A DNA stretch of 63,394 nt, counting the filler, from Octopus bimaculoides (taxonomy: Eukaryota), in the NCBI RefSeq assembly GCF_001194135.2. It is 12 parts of 9 records of this genome, joined end to end, with 100 filler letters (N's around TTAATTAATTAA, not from the genome) between each part and the next. Parts side by side here need not be neighbours in the genome. Positions count along the whole stretch, not along the records: positions 34,001 to 45,481 come from NC_069000.1; positions 45,582 to 48,182 come from NW_026361306.1; positions 48,283 to 60,064 come from NC_068981.1; 9 more parts are not named here. The stretch is one strand, 5' to 3'. Below the pieces are notes generated by a model, which saw nothing but the letters and a program-made list of their open reading frames with translations, made no database searches and had not been told where the DNA came from. Below, in pieces: positions 36,486 through 48,504 of this stretch. The translations under genes and the position numbers were made by a program. Numbering within the stretch: the stretch's first letter is position 1; every line of letters starts with the position of its first letter.

Positions 36486-36966
36486 CAGGGGTCGCCAAAC
36501 TTTTTTGACCATCGATCCTTTTCAGCTACTTCTCCTTCCGCATCGACCACCCTCCTCATTCAAAACATCTTAATACCTTACCATGAAGAATGCGTACCAC
36601 GTACTAATACTGGTAATTAAAATGTTAGCTCGACCATACATGTACGACAAATTAAGAAATTCTATTGAAGATGACACACTTTTTACATTTAAAACTACGT
36701 GTACGAGTATAGAGTTTTAAACTTTCGATTATTATGAAATTATTTCCACGGTTAGAAAATGTGAAAAACGCATCATATTGCTGGAATATCTTTTATTGAA
36801 AATGACAACATCAATGTGAAGGACGAGCATGGTGCTGACAAAGTATTACAAGTAGTTCATTTGGGTGAGCTGGTCTTTCGCACGCCGATCCCCATTCGAC
36901 TTCTTGGCTTTCATCGAACCCCTGTAATTCCTCGCCAACTCCAAGGCAGTCCGTTGTACGCCCTTT
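36486..36966 (-). mobile_element. hAT-Charlie 3' end (intron 1)
   Basis: TIR-like CAGGGGTCGCCAAACTTTTTT at 36486; the minus strand ends ...QHHARPSH*, a typical Charlie C-terminus. Confidence 0.65.
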
Positions 36967-37370
36967 NNNNNNNNNNNNNNNNNNNNNNNNNNNNNNNNNN
37001 NNNNNNNNNNNNNNNNNNNNNNNNNNNNNNNNNNNNNNNNNNNNNNNNNNNNNNNNNNNNNNNNNNNNNNNNNNNNNNNNNNNNNNNNNNNNNNNNNNNN
37101 NNNNNNNNNNNNNNNNNNNNNNNNNNNNNNNNNNNNNNNNNNNNNNNNNNNNNNNNNNNNNNNNNNNNNNNNNNNATACGTTAAACCAAAGATTCCCACA
37201 TAATTTGTTGATCACTAATTATAATTTTGCTTTTGTATCTGGTTTGCAAGATTCTTTATGTAAATTCGTGTGTGGAAGCAAATTTTGTTGTGTCTGGGGA
37301 GAGTCATTCTCTTTTAGTGTGTTATTATCTGTCACACTCACCGGTTCGATTTCCACTCATTTATTATTTA

Positions 37371-37590
37371 TTGGGCTGTCCGGAAAGTTCATGCTGATTT
37401 TTAAAGGAAAGAAAAAGGTCAATAAATACTTGCCATTACATTTTTAATCAACCAAATATGAACCATTTTGTTGCACAATGCGTCTCCATCTTTCCTTTAA
37501 CTTGAAAATACCTTCTTCCCAGAATTGAGGTGGTTTCATGGCAAATAAGTCGAAAAGTAAGATACTATAAATCGGCACGAACTTTCATGT
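37371..37590 (-). mobile_element. Deleted mariner element (intron 1)
   Basis: TA|TTGGGCTGTCCGGAAAGTT TIR; minus strand KPPQFWEEGIFKLKERWRRIVQQNGSYLVD* is a mariner C-terminus; partial second TIR near 37570-37590. Confidence 0.75.
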
Positions 37591-37638
37591 TTGAATCGAC
37601 TATATATGTATATATATATATATATTTTTATTTCAAAG

Positions 37639-37813
37639 GTGTTCGCATGTCAATGGAAAATGAACATCCAAACTTCTTTTGTCCGAGCTTACTTGGCACA
37701 AATGTGGCGAAGAAAAATCTTGGAATTGTTGGCATGGGAGATATTGGGCTTAAAATCGCTCTAAGAGCAACGGCATTTGGAATGAAAATCCTTTATCATA
37801 ACAGAACACAAAG
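37639..37813 (+). CDS. 2-hydroxyacid dehydrogenase, coding exon 2 (Rossmann GxGxxG)
   Basis: Acceptor tttatttcaaag|; encodes GVRMSMENEHPNFFCPSLLGTNVAKKNLGIVGMGDIGLKIALRATAFGMKILYHNRTQ; donor AAG|GTATGG; phase 1 to 2 fits both neighbours. Confidence 0.92.
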
Positions 37814-37944
37814 GTATGGCGATAAGTAATTCTAAAACTTTATCTCTCACTATTAACTTCTGATAACTGCAATAAAGGTAGCAACTGTGGTTTTAGGGTC
37901 CATCTAAAATACTTTGTATTTATGCAGTATATCTATCTTCTATC

Positions 37945-38090
37945 TGTTACTTGTTTCATTCATAACACTGTGGCCATGCTGGAGCACCACCTAGAACGTA
38001 TTTTTAGTGGAATGAATCGACCCTAGTACGTACTCTTTTAAGCCTGACACTTATTATATCAGTCTGTTTTGCCAAATCCCTAAGTTACAC
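37945..38090 (-). mobile_element. SINE family B, diverged 3' half (intron 2)
   Basis: ttgtttcatt...gtggccatgctggagcacc...tcgaccc...taagttac. Confidence 0.65.
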
Positions 38091-38204
38091 CTATCTTGTG
38101 AAAATCAGCTTAACGGAGTGAATCATCCCTCTCCAAGATTTTCTCAAAGAAATAGTTCAAGTGTAAGCTTTTGAAGAACTCATTCCTCTTCGTGGTGCTA
38201 ATGT

Positions 38205-38585
38205 TGATTGAGACTTAACTCTCTAAGTGCAACCATCGGCGAGGTAGACTTTGCCTTTCATTCTTTCAGGGTCGATAAAATAGGAACCAGTCAGATACTG
38301 GGATTGATGCAGTTGTCTAGCATCCTCCTTGAAATTTCAAGCCTTGTATCTAGAATAGAAAGAATTGGCGAGCTGACAGAATCGTTAGCATAAAGGACAA
38401 AACACAGAGCAGAATATTGTTCGTCTTTATGTTCTGTGTTTAAGTTCTTCCACGGTTGGCTTTGAATTTCATCTTTATTTTGTGGGCGGGGGGGGGGTCG
38501 ATAAAATAAGTACCTATTGCAAACTGGGGTCGATGTAATTGACTTACCCTTCCCCCGAAATTGCTAGCCTTCTGCCAAAATTATT
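38205..38585 (+). mobile_element. Two tandem SINE family C copies (intron 2)
   Basis: Two successive ctttca...gtcgataaaata(a/g)gtacc cores, about 38205-38360 and 38365-38585, ending in (TTA)n. Confidence 0.7.
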
Positions 38586-38950
38586 ATTATTATTATTACA
38601 TATTTAACTTTTGCTTTGTATTTGTACAAGTTGACTCCAAGTCTCACACAGAGACAACAAGTTAGAAGTTCATGTTGGTGTTATGCTTAGGGTGTCATAT
38701 ATTTGGTTTTGTATATAATAGTGTTCTAGAGAATGTTTAAGAAAACATATGAAAATTATGAATTTGTTTTAAAATTTGAGATTACATAGACAGTATTTTA
38801 CGTAGGATATGGGCAGTTCCCACGAGCACTATCTCTTGAATTTCTGCCATTCTGGGGTTTCCTGGTACCTGAACTAGGTAGGAATCAGCCCCTTTTGTTA
38901 TCATTCCTCAGGCATCTATGACAACAGGTAATGTTTTAGTCTTGAGGTTC
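38581..38950 (-). mobile_element. R4/Dong-clade 3' end (intron 2)
   Basis: Minus strand reads LKTKTLPVVIDA*GMITKGADSYLVQVPGNPRMAEIQEIVLVGTAHILRKILSM*, then the 3' UTR and (TAA)n. Confidence 0.8.
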
Positions 38951-38990
38951 CACATTTTCCCAATTTACTATTGTTATTATTATTATTATT

Positions 38991-39353
38991 GAGTGAGAGA
39001 GCAGTGTATGTCATCAAAGTGACACTGGGGTAAAATATACGAAGCTCAATATACCTATCATGACTACCTGTCTTATAAGGGTACACTAGGCACATGCACC
39101 ACAACCATACGTGCGTGATATGGTGATCTCATATCAAGATAAACAGCACATGACCTTGCAGGTGGGGACCCCAGTTAGAATTTTCTTCAGGTTGAATAGC
39201 CCATCCTTTAAGGGGTCTTTAAGGATGTTGAACAAAACACCCATGTTTCCAGAGGTGAATTATCCAAACCCCAAAGAATTCCTCTCAATACATGGCTATA
39301 ATGCTCCCCCACTAGTTCTGCTCGTGATCAGAAATGCACATATCGCCAACCAC
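38991..39353 (-). mobile_element. Repeat family D copy flanked on both sides by (TTA)n
   Basis: Homologous to 25357-25747, with a short internal deletion. Confidence 0.75.
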
Positions 39354-39395
<42 letters not shown>

Positions 39396-39417
39396 CATTA
39401 TTATTATAATTATTTGT

Positions 39418-39623
39418 TAGGGGACGGGCTGGCAGAATTGTTAGCATGCTGGGCTTAATGCTTAGCGGTATTTCGTCTGCTGTTACACTCTGAGTTCAAA
39501 TTCCGTTGGGATCAACTTTGCCTTTCATCCTTTCAAGGTTGACGAAATAAGTACCAGTTACGCACTGGATTCGATATAATTGACTAGCCCCCTTCCCTCA
39601 AAATTTTCAAGACCTTGTGCCTA

Positions 39624-39666
<43 letters not shown>

Positions 39667-39845
39667 GAGGCGATGAGCCAGCGGAATCGTTAGCACACCG
39701 GGCAAAATGCTTAGTGACATTTCATCCGCCGCTACATTCTGAGTTCAAATTCCGCTGAAGTCAATATTATCATTCATTTTATTTCGGGGTCGATAAATTA
39801 AGTACCAGTAAAATATTGAGGTTTGTGCCTCTAGTAGAAAGAATT
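39418..39845 (+). mobile_element. Two tandem SINE family C copies separated by (TTA)n (intron 2)
   Basis: Heads gagctggcagaa/gagccagcggaa at about 39425 and 39670, both with the tctgagttcaaattccg core. Confidence 0.75.
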
Positions 39846-39919
39846 ATTATTATTTATTATGTTCTTACTGAAGCTGTTTAGACGGCAAAATATTGAATAC
39901 ATTTTTTCTAAATTTACAG

Positions 39920-40098
39920 AAGCAATGAAGACGAAGACCGAGTCAAAGCTACGTTTTACCCTCGTTTGCAAGATATGTTACCCGAAGCGGATGTTCTTGT
40001 TATTGCTTGTCCTTGCACAGAACAAACGATTAACTTGATTAGTACAGAAGAATTCCGGTTGATGAAGAAAACTTCTCTTTTGGTAAACATCGCTCGAG
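39920..40098 (+). CDS. 2-hydroxyacid dehydrogenase, coding exon 3
   Basis: Acceptor ttctaaatttacag|; encodes SNEDEDRVKATFYPRLQDMLPEADVLVIACPCTEQTINLISTEEFRLMKKTSLLVNIAR, including the catalytic Arg of NIARG; donor GAG|GTAAGA; phase 2 to 1. Confidence 0.92.
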
Positions 40099-40717
40099 GT
40101 AAGATAATACATCACTTGGGAAACATTTCAATTCTTGAATGTCTTTAAACATTTAAACTTTAAAAATTATTGAGTTGGTAAATGAATGCTTCTGTTTTCA
40201 ATCTATACATTTATGTCTAAAAACGAGGTGTCATTTACTAAATTTCTGTACAGAGCTCTTTTGTAAGTCGTCTCGTGTCTCAACTTCCTTAAGTGTATAC
40301 GCCACAACTTGCGTATTACCTACATATCTGGTATATATTATCTATTCCTACTTTTGTTTTATTGTTTTCTATTGTGGACAAATAGAATGCTGCAAACATT
40401 GGTCCTTGAGGAGAACCCATGGTCACTCCATCTCAAAGTTTGAATGTTATATAAATTTTCATGTGAGCAGCGAAAAGACACTTTATTTGTTTATATCAAA
40501 TAGTCTCTTTTAATAAGTTGGCTAGTATCACACGTATTTTATTTTAGGGTATTTATACACATTATTTATAATGATCTTTATCATGCCTGTCTCGAGTTTG
40601 GTGAACAAATTTTCTGCATCCAAACAACTAAACAAATTAACTATAATAATAAATAAATGTACAAACGGAATCATTATACATATATACATGCAGTCTCACA
40701 CGCACATACATGCGCGT

Positions 40718-40756
<39 letters not shown>

Positions 40757-41069
40757 CACAAATATGTGTACATAAACAAACTCGTGCGTGCACACACACG
40801 TGCGCGCGGGCGCACATACATGACGAGGAGGCGCATGGCTTAGTAAGATTGCGGTTTCGATTCGTAAACCGGTCGGTGAGTTGTGTTCTTGAGCAAAACA
40901 CTTCATTTCACATTGCCTCAGTCCGATCAGCTGGCAAAAATGAGTAACCCTGCAACGGATTGCAATGAAACAAATGCATATATTTACACAGAGACACAAG
41001 TATAAGATGTCAGCAGTAAAACTCACACCTCCGGAGAGTATGTATATTATCGTCCACAATCAATGCACT

Positions 41070-41950
41070 ACAAACAGGAAAACATAGAATTAAACTAATT
41101 AAATAATAGACAAGGGATCATAGTATAAAGGCAGACATACAAACACTAATATAATACCGCAAATATATCAGAGAATACATCCAAAGGAAGTAGACAAAGC
41201 ACACAGAGAAGAAAAAAAACGATTCCATGAACCAAATGTACAAAACTATATCAAACAGATTGTTGTGGTGATAGACATTAACACCCCTGTGTGATTAAAA
41301 AGTGGACTCGTTGAACACTTATAAAGAGTAACGTGTCTCGTTGAGGCAGGAAAAAAGCATTAGAGTCTCACGTGTTGGTTGTCGGAAGTTACGTCTGTGA
41401 ATACACTGCTTTACTCCTGTTTCGTTAAAATCATATATCTGCAACCAAGGATATATAAAACAGATGAACATATAATATAAACCCTCGTGAAACGCAATAC
41501 AAAATGTATCACACCCAAACATAAGCTTAAACTAATGACGTACTACAAAAACACCAAAACCAAAAGGTTTTTTATCAATAATGTGCCTCAAACATGCGAG
41601 CCCGAGGACAAACTGTTATTGACCCATGTGGTTTATCAATTTGATTGTAAAACTGATAGTTACAAACTTTAAGACATTAACTGTTACATTGGACAGAAAC
41701 TCTCTAATAGGTTCACCTTACATTTGCCACATGAAACTGTTGCACATTACACCAAACACCACAAACCGAAATTAGGAAAATACTGGAGAAAAATGCATAC
41801 CTGTTTCACACATTTAACACAAAAATACAAGATTAACTATGAAACCATACACAGCTTGCAGTTCCATGCCAAAATTAACAAGGAAACATCATAAAATTAA
41901 CACGTCACTACTGATGCAGAAAAATAAATAAACACCTAATAGTCAAAATT
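41070..41950 (+). mobile_element. Penelope-like element fossil with GIY-YIG remnant (intron 3)
   Basis: VVYQFDC (41628) and, in frame past one stop, YIGQ (41685); homologous to 51335-51630. Confidence 0.7.
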
Positions 41951-42177
41951 TGAATGCACAAACAAATGACTGTAGATACAAGATGCTAATGGTCAAAACA
42001 AATGCCAAATATAATGAGTTCTTAAGAGTGTGAAGTTCTAGAAACATCGTATATGAATTCAGAAGAGTTATTGTTCCAAATCAACAATAAATCTCTAAAA
42101 TAGAAACGGTTATCTTTTCTATATAAAGCCATCAATTTTTTGACCATTTTTCTTTTTGTTTATCTCTTCTTCAACAG

Positions 42178-42428
42178 GAAAGATAGTTAATACAGACGCA
42201 CTTGTGAAAGCTCTTCAGTCAAATGAAATTCAAAGTGCTGCCTTGGATGTCACCGACCCTGAACCGCTACCGCGAGGGCACCCATTGTTATCCATGCCAA
42301 ATGTTGTCATAACCACTCACTGTGGAACATACACTTACGAAACTCGCTTAGAAATGATTGATTTAGTAATAGAAAATTTAAAATGTGGTTTGGAGGGAAA
42401 AGTGATGCCGTCTGAAGTAATTTTGTAA
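42178..42428 (+). CDS. 2-hydroxyacid dehydrogenase, terminal coding exon 4
   Basis: Acceptor ctcttcttcaacag|; encodes KIVNTDALVKALQSNEIQSAALDVTDPEPLPRGHPLLSMPNVVITTHCGTYTYETRLEMIDLVIENLKCGLEGKVMPSEVIL*, with catalytic Glu (DPEP) and His (THCG). Total CDS 1017 nt, in frame. Confidence 0.93.
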
Positions 42429-42763
42429 TACTGATATCTAATCAAGAAACAATATATTCCTAAAATTGCAGAGAATTATTTTTGATAAATGTGTTAATGA
42501 ATCGTGAATTGTATACCCCAAGAAAGATACCCGGAAATGAATGACTAAGAAACTTGTTTCATTTTGGCACCTACTTAAAGATATGGCAATTGCGAAAGGT
42601 AGATTAATTTTTAAAAAAAACGTCTTATTTGCTATTTTATTTCTTGATTATTAAAGATAAAAGGAAAATAATTCTTTTTTACTTTAAAGATGATCATTTT
42701 TCTTTAATGTTTAAGTATTTTCCTCATAGTTAATTTCTGATCTGTAAACGCTAAATGTATTTT

Positions 42764-42769
42764 AATAAA
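42764..42769 (+). terminator. Candidate polyadenylation signal of the dehydrogenase gene
   Basis: AATAAA about 335 nt after the stop codon, at the end of an AT-rich 3' UTR-like stretch; no transcript evidence. Confidence 0.4.
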
Positions 42770-44187
42770 ATAAAATGTGCGCATACTTTTCATAAGCTTT
42801 CTTATAAGGTTATTCTGCTGTATTGTATCGATTGTAATATCACAACAATTTTCTGAGTATTGCGAATGTTACTGGTCAAGGCAACACGTTTAGAAGATGT
42901 TTGATACATCGTCAATATTATCCTGTGTTTACGATTAAGATATCCAAGTTTTAATGGCTTTGTTTTGCGTAAGAACAGTAACGAGGCCAGTTGACATAAT
43001 TACAATCATCTGAAGAGAATATGCTACCGTTTCTCATAAGGTCATAGCACCATCAACTGTTGTGTCTTATGTACTAAGATTGCATTGTCTATCCACTACG
43101 GAGCACTCGGCCTGTGTTTGAACACCCTATTCTATTACCCCAATGGACCATTTCAAAAGAATTTTTCACTGTCTTTTTAAGTTAGAAACCGGGCCCATGA
43201 GCCTGGCTAGGCTTTAAAAGGGCGCATAAATAAATAAATATAGATATTTACATTGATAGATCCAACTAACACAGAATACAAACGGCAGAGAGAATTAAAG
43301 GCAGGGGGGGGGGAAATTATTATAAGTCCAACAACTGTTTCTGAGGGCTCGGAGATCCATCATAATGCTGGTAGATGTAGTTCATCACAATATGCGACCA
43401 TAATCGAAGCAATTAACATTGGATATATCGAGTCTCCGTCATCGGAGTAGAATAAAGCTTGCAATTCAATTTCGTGTATGAATTCCCGTGTGTAAAACAC
43501 AAATTCCGAAAAAGATTCTGAAAATTCTAAAGGAATAAAAATGTTATGAGGGGTTGTTACGTAGAGGTTACCAGAATGTAACGATTGTTGCCTGTGTTGA
43601 AAGCAAAGACGATGATACTGGTGCTGACTCCAAGAAAGAAAGACAGTGGCCAAAGTCGTAGATCATATATTTATTTCTCCATTACATATAATTAAAAGCC
43701 AAACCATGGTAGGCAAACGTGTATAAAAACAGTCGGAAAGCATGCGAGGTAACGAGTTATATTTTGTTGTAAAAGGGTAGACGGCGTTGGACTTATTCTC
43801 TGTCATTCTAGCAACCGTAACGAAATAGATCAAATGATGTTGTCAAAAGTGAGCGAATGAGAAAGTAAGAGTGGTGGACAAAGACAACTGTATCATTGTA
43901 TTTCGTTCGTGCCGGTCGGTCGGTCGCTCCCACTGATTTTTTTCTTAGAAAATATTAGTATTTATAACTGTGCAGTGTAGCTAAGAAAATGGATATACCT
44001 TTCCAATAATGGCTAAATTAATGTAGGTCAAACTTTGTTTACTTAAAGTTTCTATGACATAACAATGTTATGAGTCAAGCGGAAAACACGTTCACTTTTG
44101 GCAGGACAATATGTTGTATGGCCAGGGAGAATTTCTAGATTTGGTTTTGAATCTCAGGAAGGCAGGGCCAAACGAGGTCCTACACTG

Positions 44188-44575
44188 TTGTAGTAGTTGG
44201 CACTCCGTTGCTTACGACGTCGAGGTTTCCAGTTGACCCGATCAACGGAACAGCCTGCTCGTGAAATTAACGTGCAAGTGGCTGAGCACTCCACAGACAC
44301 GTGTACCCTTAACGTAGTTCTCGGAGATATTCAGCGTGACACAGTGCGACAAGGCTAGCCCTTTGAATTACAGGCACAACAGAAACAGGAAGAAAGAGTG
44401 AGAGAAAGTTACGGTGAATGAGTACAGCAGGGTTCGCCGCCATCCCCTGCCGGAGCCTCGTGGAGCTTTAGATGTTTTCGCTCAATAAACACTTCACAAC
44501 GCCCGATCTGGGAATCGAAACCGCGATCCTATGACCGCAAGTCCGCTGCCCTAACCACTGGGCCATTGCGCCTCC
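44188..44575 (-). mobile_element. SINE family A, full length
   Basis: Colinear with the other copies; only a short possible TSD (CACTG). Confidence 0.85.
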
Positions 44576-45309
44576 ACTGACTTTTAGTAACACTAAAGAT
44601 TCTGCACGTGTAGGTGTATTTTTATCCACTCCGATGTTTACACACGGCCAGTTATACGTCGCTATGCGTAGGGCAGCGGACTCCAGTAATTTAAAAATTA
44701 GTGTCGACCAAACAGAAATCATCATCTACAAGGAAGTTTATAAAGAACGAATATCGGCTCTATCGCCTGAGATTTGAAAGCGCGTCTCAGAATTACCGGT
44801 CGCACTTTAGCTAAGGTTTGTTCCCGCTTTCTATCGACTACAGACTGTTATAAATACGACCAACTGACCAGCCAAAGGGATGCAGTTCCCTGCTTGCGGT
44901 CATGACAGCCTGTTGCTTGACCGTTTTGGGCTGAACGAGAAACGATGCCACTGGGTCAAACGAAAACTGCTGTAAGCATCTCTCGTTTCTCCCCAACTCA
45001 TTTGTTTCACACTGACATTCATCTACTCACACTTGATTAATCTATTTAACTGCCACGCCTACCACATTTACAGATTACCTTTTCTATCAAACATCTGTCA
45101 CACACCCTCTCCTCACTAGTAAATTCACAAGGCTAAGCAGATCGTCAACAAATGCATACAGTTAAAATTACATGTTGATTTTCATCGATTCGACACGGTC
45201 GATTTATAATTGTAAATGTAACGAAAAATAAATCATATTGCTTGAAACTTCGCCTTTGAGTTACACACATTTTTAACAAGACATACTCTGTGAGAACCAT
45301 CATCATGTA

Positions 45310-45481
45310 TCTGTGTGGTAAGTAGCTAGCTTACCAACCACATGGTTCCGGGTTCAGTCCCACTGCGTGACACCTTGGGCAAGTGTCTTCTACTATAGCA
45401 ATGGGCTGACCAAAGCCTTGTGAGTGGATTTGGTAGACGGAAACTGAAAGAAGCCCGTCGTATATATGTATATGTATATAT
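45310..45481 (+). mobile_element. SINE family B, 5' half
   Basis: Near-identical to 8345-8520. Confidence 0.8.
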
Positions 45482-45581
45482 NNNNNNNNNNNNNNNNNNN
45501 NNNNNNNNNNNNNNNNNNNNNNNNNTTAATTAATTAANNNNNNNNNNNNNNNNNNNNNNNNNNNNNNNNNNNNNNNNNNNN

Positions 45582-48182
45582 TAAGTTCGTTCGCTCTTTC
45601 GTTCTTTTGTTCGTACATACGAACAAATGACCGTACGTACGTACATACATACGTACGAACAAACAATCGAACGAATGTAAGTTAGTACCTACGTACGTAC
45701 GAAAGGACGTTCGTTCGTTCATTTGTTCGTTCGGTCGGCCGTTCGTTCGTTCCTTCATTAGTTTGTTCGTTCGTTCGTTCCTTCGTTCGTACGTACGTAC
45801 GTTCCTTCGTTCATTCGTTCGTTCGTTAGTTCGTTCGTACGTACTTTCGTTCGTTCTTTCGTTCGTTCATTCTTATATACGTACTACGTTGTTCGTACGT
45901 ACTTCCGTTCGGTCGGTAGTTTGTTCGAACGAACGAACGAAAGAACGAAATAACGAACGAACGAACGAAAATACGAAATAACGAACGAACGAAAGAACGA
46001 ACTTTCGTACGTAAGAACGAACGAACGAATGAATGAACGAGCGAAACGAATGAACGAACAAACGTACGAACGAACGTGCATAAGTACGTACGTGCGTACG
46101 GACGTGCGAACGAAGGAATATAAGAACAAAATAACGAACGTTCGTACGTAAGAACGAGNNNNNNNNNNNNNNNNNNNNNNNNNNNNNNNNNNNNNNNNNN
46201 NNNNNNNNNNNNNNNNNNNNNNNNNNNNNNNNNNNNNNNNNNNNNNNNNNNNNNNNNNNNNNNNNNNNNNNNNNNNNNNNNNNNNNNNNNNNNNNNNNNN
46301 NNNNNNNNNNNNNNNNNNNNNNNNNNNNNNNNNNNNNNNNNNNNNNNNNNNNNNNNNNNNNNNNNNNNNNNNNNNNNNNNNNNNNNNNNNNNNNNNNNNN
46401 NNNNCGAACGAACGAAAGAACGAACTTTCGTACGTAAGAACGAACGAACGAATGAATGAACGAGCGAAACGAATGAACGAACAAACGTACGAACGAACGT
46501 GCATAAGTACGTACGTGCGTACGGACGTGCGAACGAAGGAATATAAGAACAAAATAACGAACGTTCGTACGTAAGAACGAGCGAAACGAATGAACGAGCG
46601 AAACGAATGAACGAACAAACGTACGAACGAACGTGCATAAGTACGTACGTGCGTACGGACGTACGAACGAAGGAATATAAGAACAAAATAACGAACGTTC
46701 GTACGTAAGAACAAACGAACGAACGATCGAATGAACTAACGAACAAAAGAATGAACGAACGAACGTACGTACGTACGTTCACACGAAATATCGAACGAAC
46801 GTACGTACATGCGAACGAACGAAGAATCGAACGAACGAACGAACGAATGAACGAAAAATCGAATGAACGTTTGTACGTACGTCCGTAAGAACGAACGAAC
46901 GTACGTAAGAACGTACGGACAGACGAAAGAACGAACGAACGAAGAAACGTACGTACGTAAGTCCGTACGTACGAACGAACAAAGGAACAAACGAACGAAG
47001 GTACGTCCATACGAACGAAAGAACGAACGTACATACGTATGTACGTACGAAGGACCGAACCAACGAAATGAACAAACGAGCGAACAAACGAAAGAACGAA
47101 CTAACGAACTTAAGTACGTACGAATGAAGAAACGAACGAACGAACTAATGTATGTACGTAAGAACGAAGGAACGACCGAACAGACGAATGAAAGGAGGAA
47201 CGAACGAACGAACGAACGAACGATCGAACGTACGTATGTACGTTCGCACGAAATATCGAACGAACGTACGTACATCCGAACGTACGAACGAACGAACAAA
47301 GGAATGAACGTTTGTACGCACGTCCGGACGCAGGAACGAACGTACGTACGAACGAACAAACGTGCATAAGTACGTACGTGCGTACCTACGTACGAACGAA
47401 GGAATATAAGAACAAAATAACGAACGTTCGTACGTAAGAATAAACGAACGAACGAACGGACGAACGAACGAACGAGCGAAACGAACGAACGAGCGAAACG
47501 AACGAACAAAGGATCGAACGAATTATCGTACGTTAGTACCTACGTACGTACGAAAGAACGTTCGTTCGTTCGTTATTTCGTTCGTTCGAACATACGTACG
47601 TACGCACGTAGATACGCACGTACTTTCATTTGTTCGTTCGTACGTACGTACGTTCGTTACTGCGTCCGGACGTACTTACGTACAAACGTTTATTCGTTTG
47701 TTCGTTCATTCGTTCGATCTTTCGNNNNNNNNNNACGTTTATTCGTTTGTTCGTTCATTCGTTCGATCTTTCGATCCATCCTTCGTTCGGATGTACGTAC
47801 GTTCGATCGATATTTCCTGCGAACGTATATACGAACGTACTTACGTACGTACATACATACGTACATACATACGTACGTACGTACATACGTTCGTTCGTTC
47901 ATTCTTTCGTTGGATCGTCCGTACGTACGTACGTTAGTTCGTTCTTTCATTTGTACGTAGATACGTAAGTACGTTTATACGTTCTTACGTACGTACGTCC
48001 GTTCGTTCATACGTCTGTTCGTTCGTTCAATCCTTCTTTTGTTCGTTTTTCGTTCGTTCGTTCGTACCTACGTACGTACGTTCGCACCTTCGTCCGTTCG
48101 TACGAACTTACGTTCGTTCGTACTTCCGAACAATCGAAAAAACGATCAAACGAACGAGCGAACAAACGAACGAACGAACGAA
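45582..48182. repeat. CpG-rich GAAC/GTAC-module array with alternating orientation (foldback-like)
   Basis: (TTCG)-rich to about 45925, (GAAC)-rich to about 47550, (TTCG)-rich to about 48127, then (GAAC); a ~120-bp higher-order unit recurs and complex motifs recur inverted. Confidence 0.9.
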
Positions 48183-48282
48183 NNNNNNNNNNNNNNNNNN
48201 NNNNNNNNNNNNNNNNNNNNNNNNNNTTAATTAATTAANNNNNNNNNNNNNNNNNNNNNNNNNNNNNNNNNNNNNNNNNNNN

Positions 48283-48285
48283 GTG

Positions 48286-48316
<31 letters not shown>

Positions 48317-48502
48317 TGCTGTGTGTGTGTGTGTGTGTGTGTGAGCGTGTCTTTGTGTCTGTGTTTGTCACCTCACAACCATTTGACAACCAGTGTTCAG
48401 CAAAAGTTACCGAGAGAATAAGTACGAGGCCTAAATAAATAAGCACTTGGGTGCCCCAGCATGTCCGCAGTCTAATGACTGAAACAAGGAAAAGATAAAA
48501 GA
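48283..48502 (+). mobile_element. SINE family B, (TG)n plus diverged 3' half
   Basis: gtctgtgtttgtc...ccccagcatg...gactgaaacaag. Confidence 0.65.
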
Positions 48503-48504
48503 TG

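Noticed and set aside
46405-46578. Exact copy of about 45985-46158 across a gap
   Set aside because: Probably overlapping contig ends, so it is not counted as independent evidence for the higher-order repeat.
45826-47509. 200-400 aa RSFV/TNER-repeat ORFs
   Set aside because: A by-product of stop-poor tetranucleotide modules, open in several frames on both strands.
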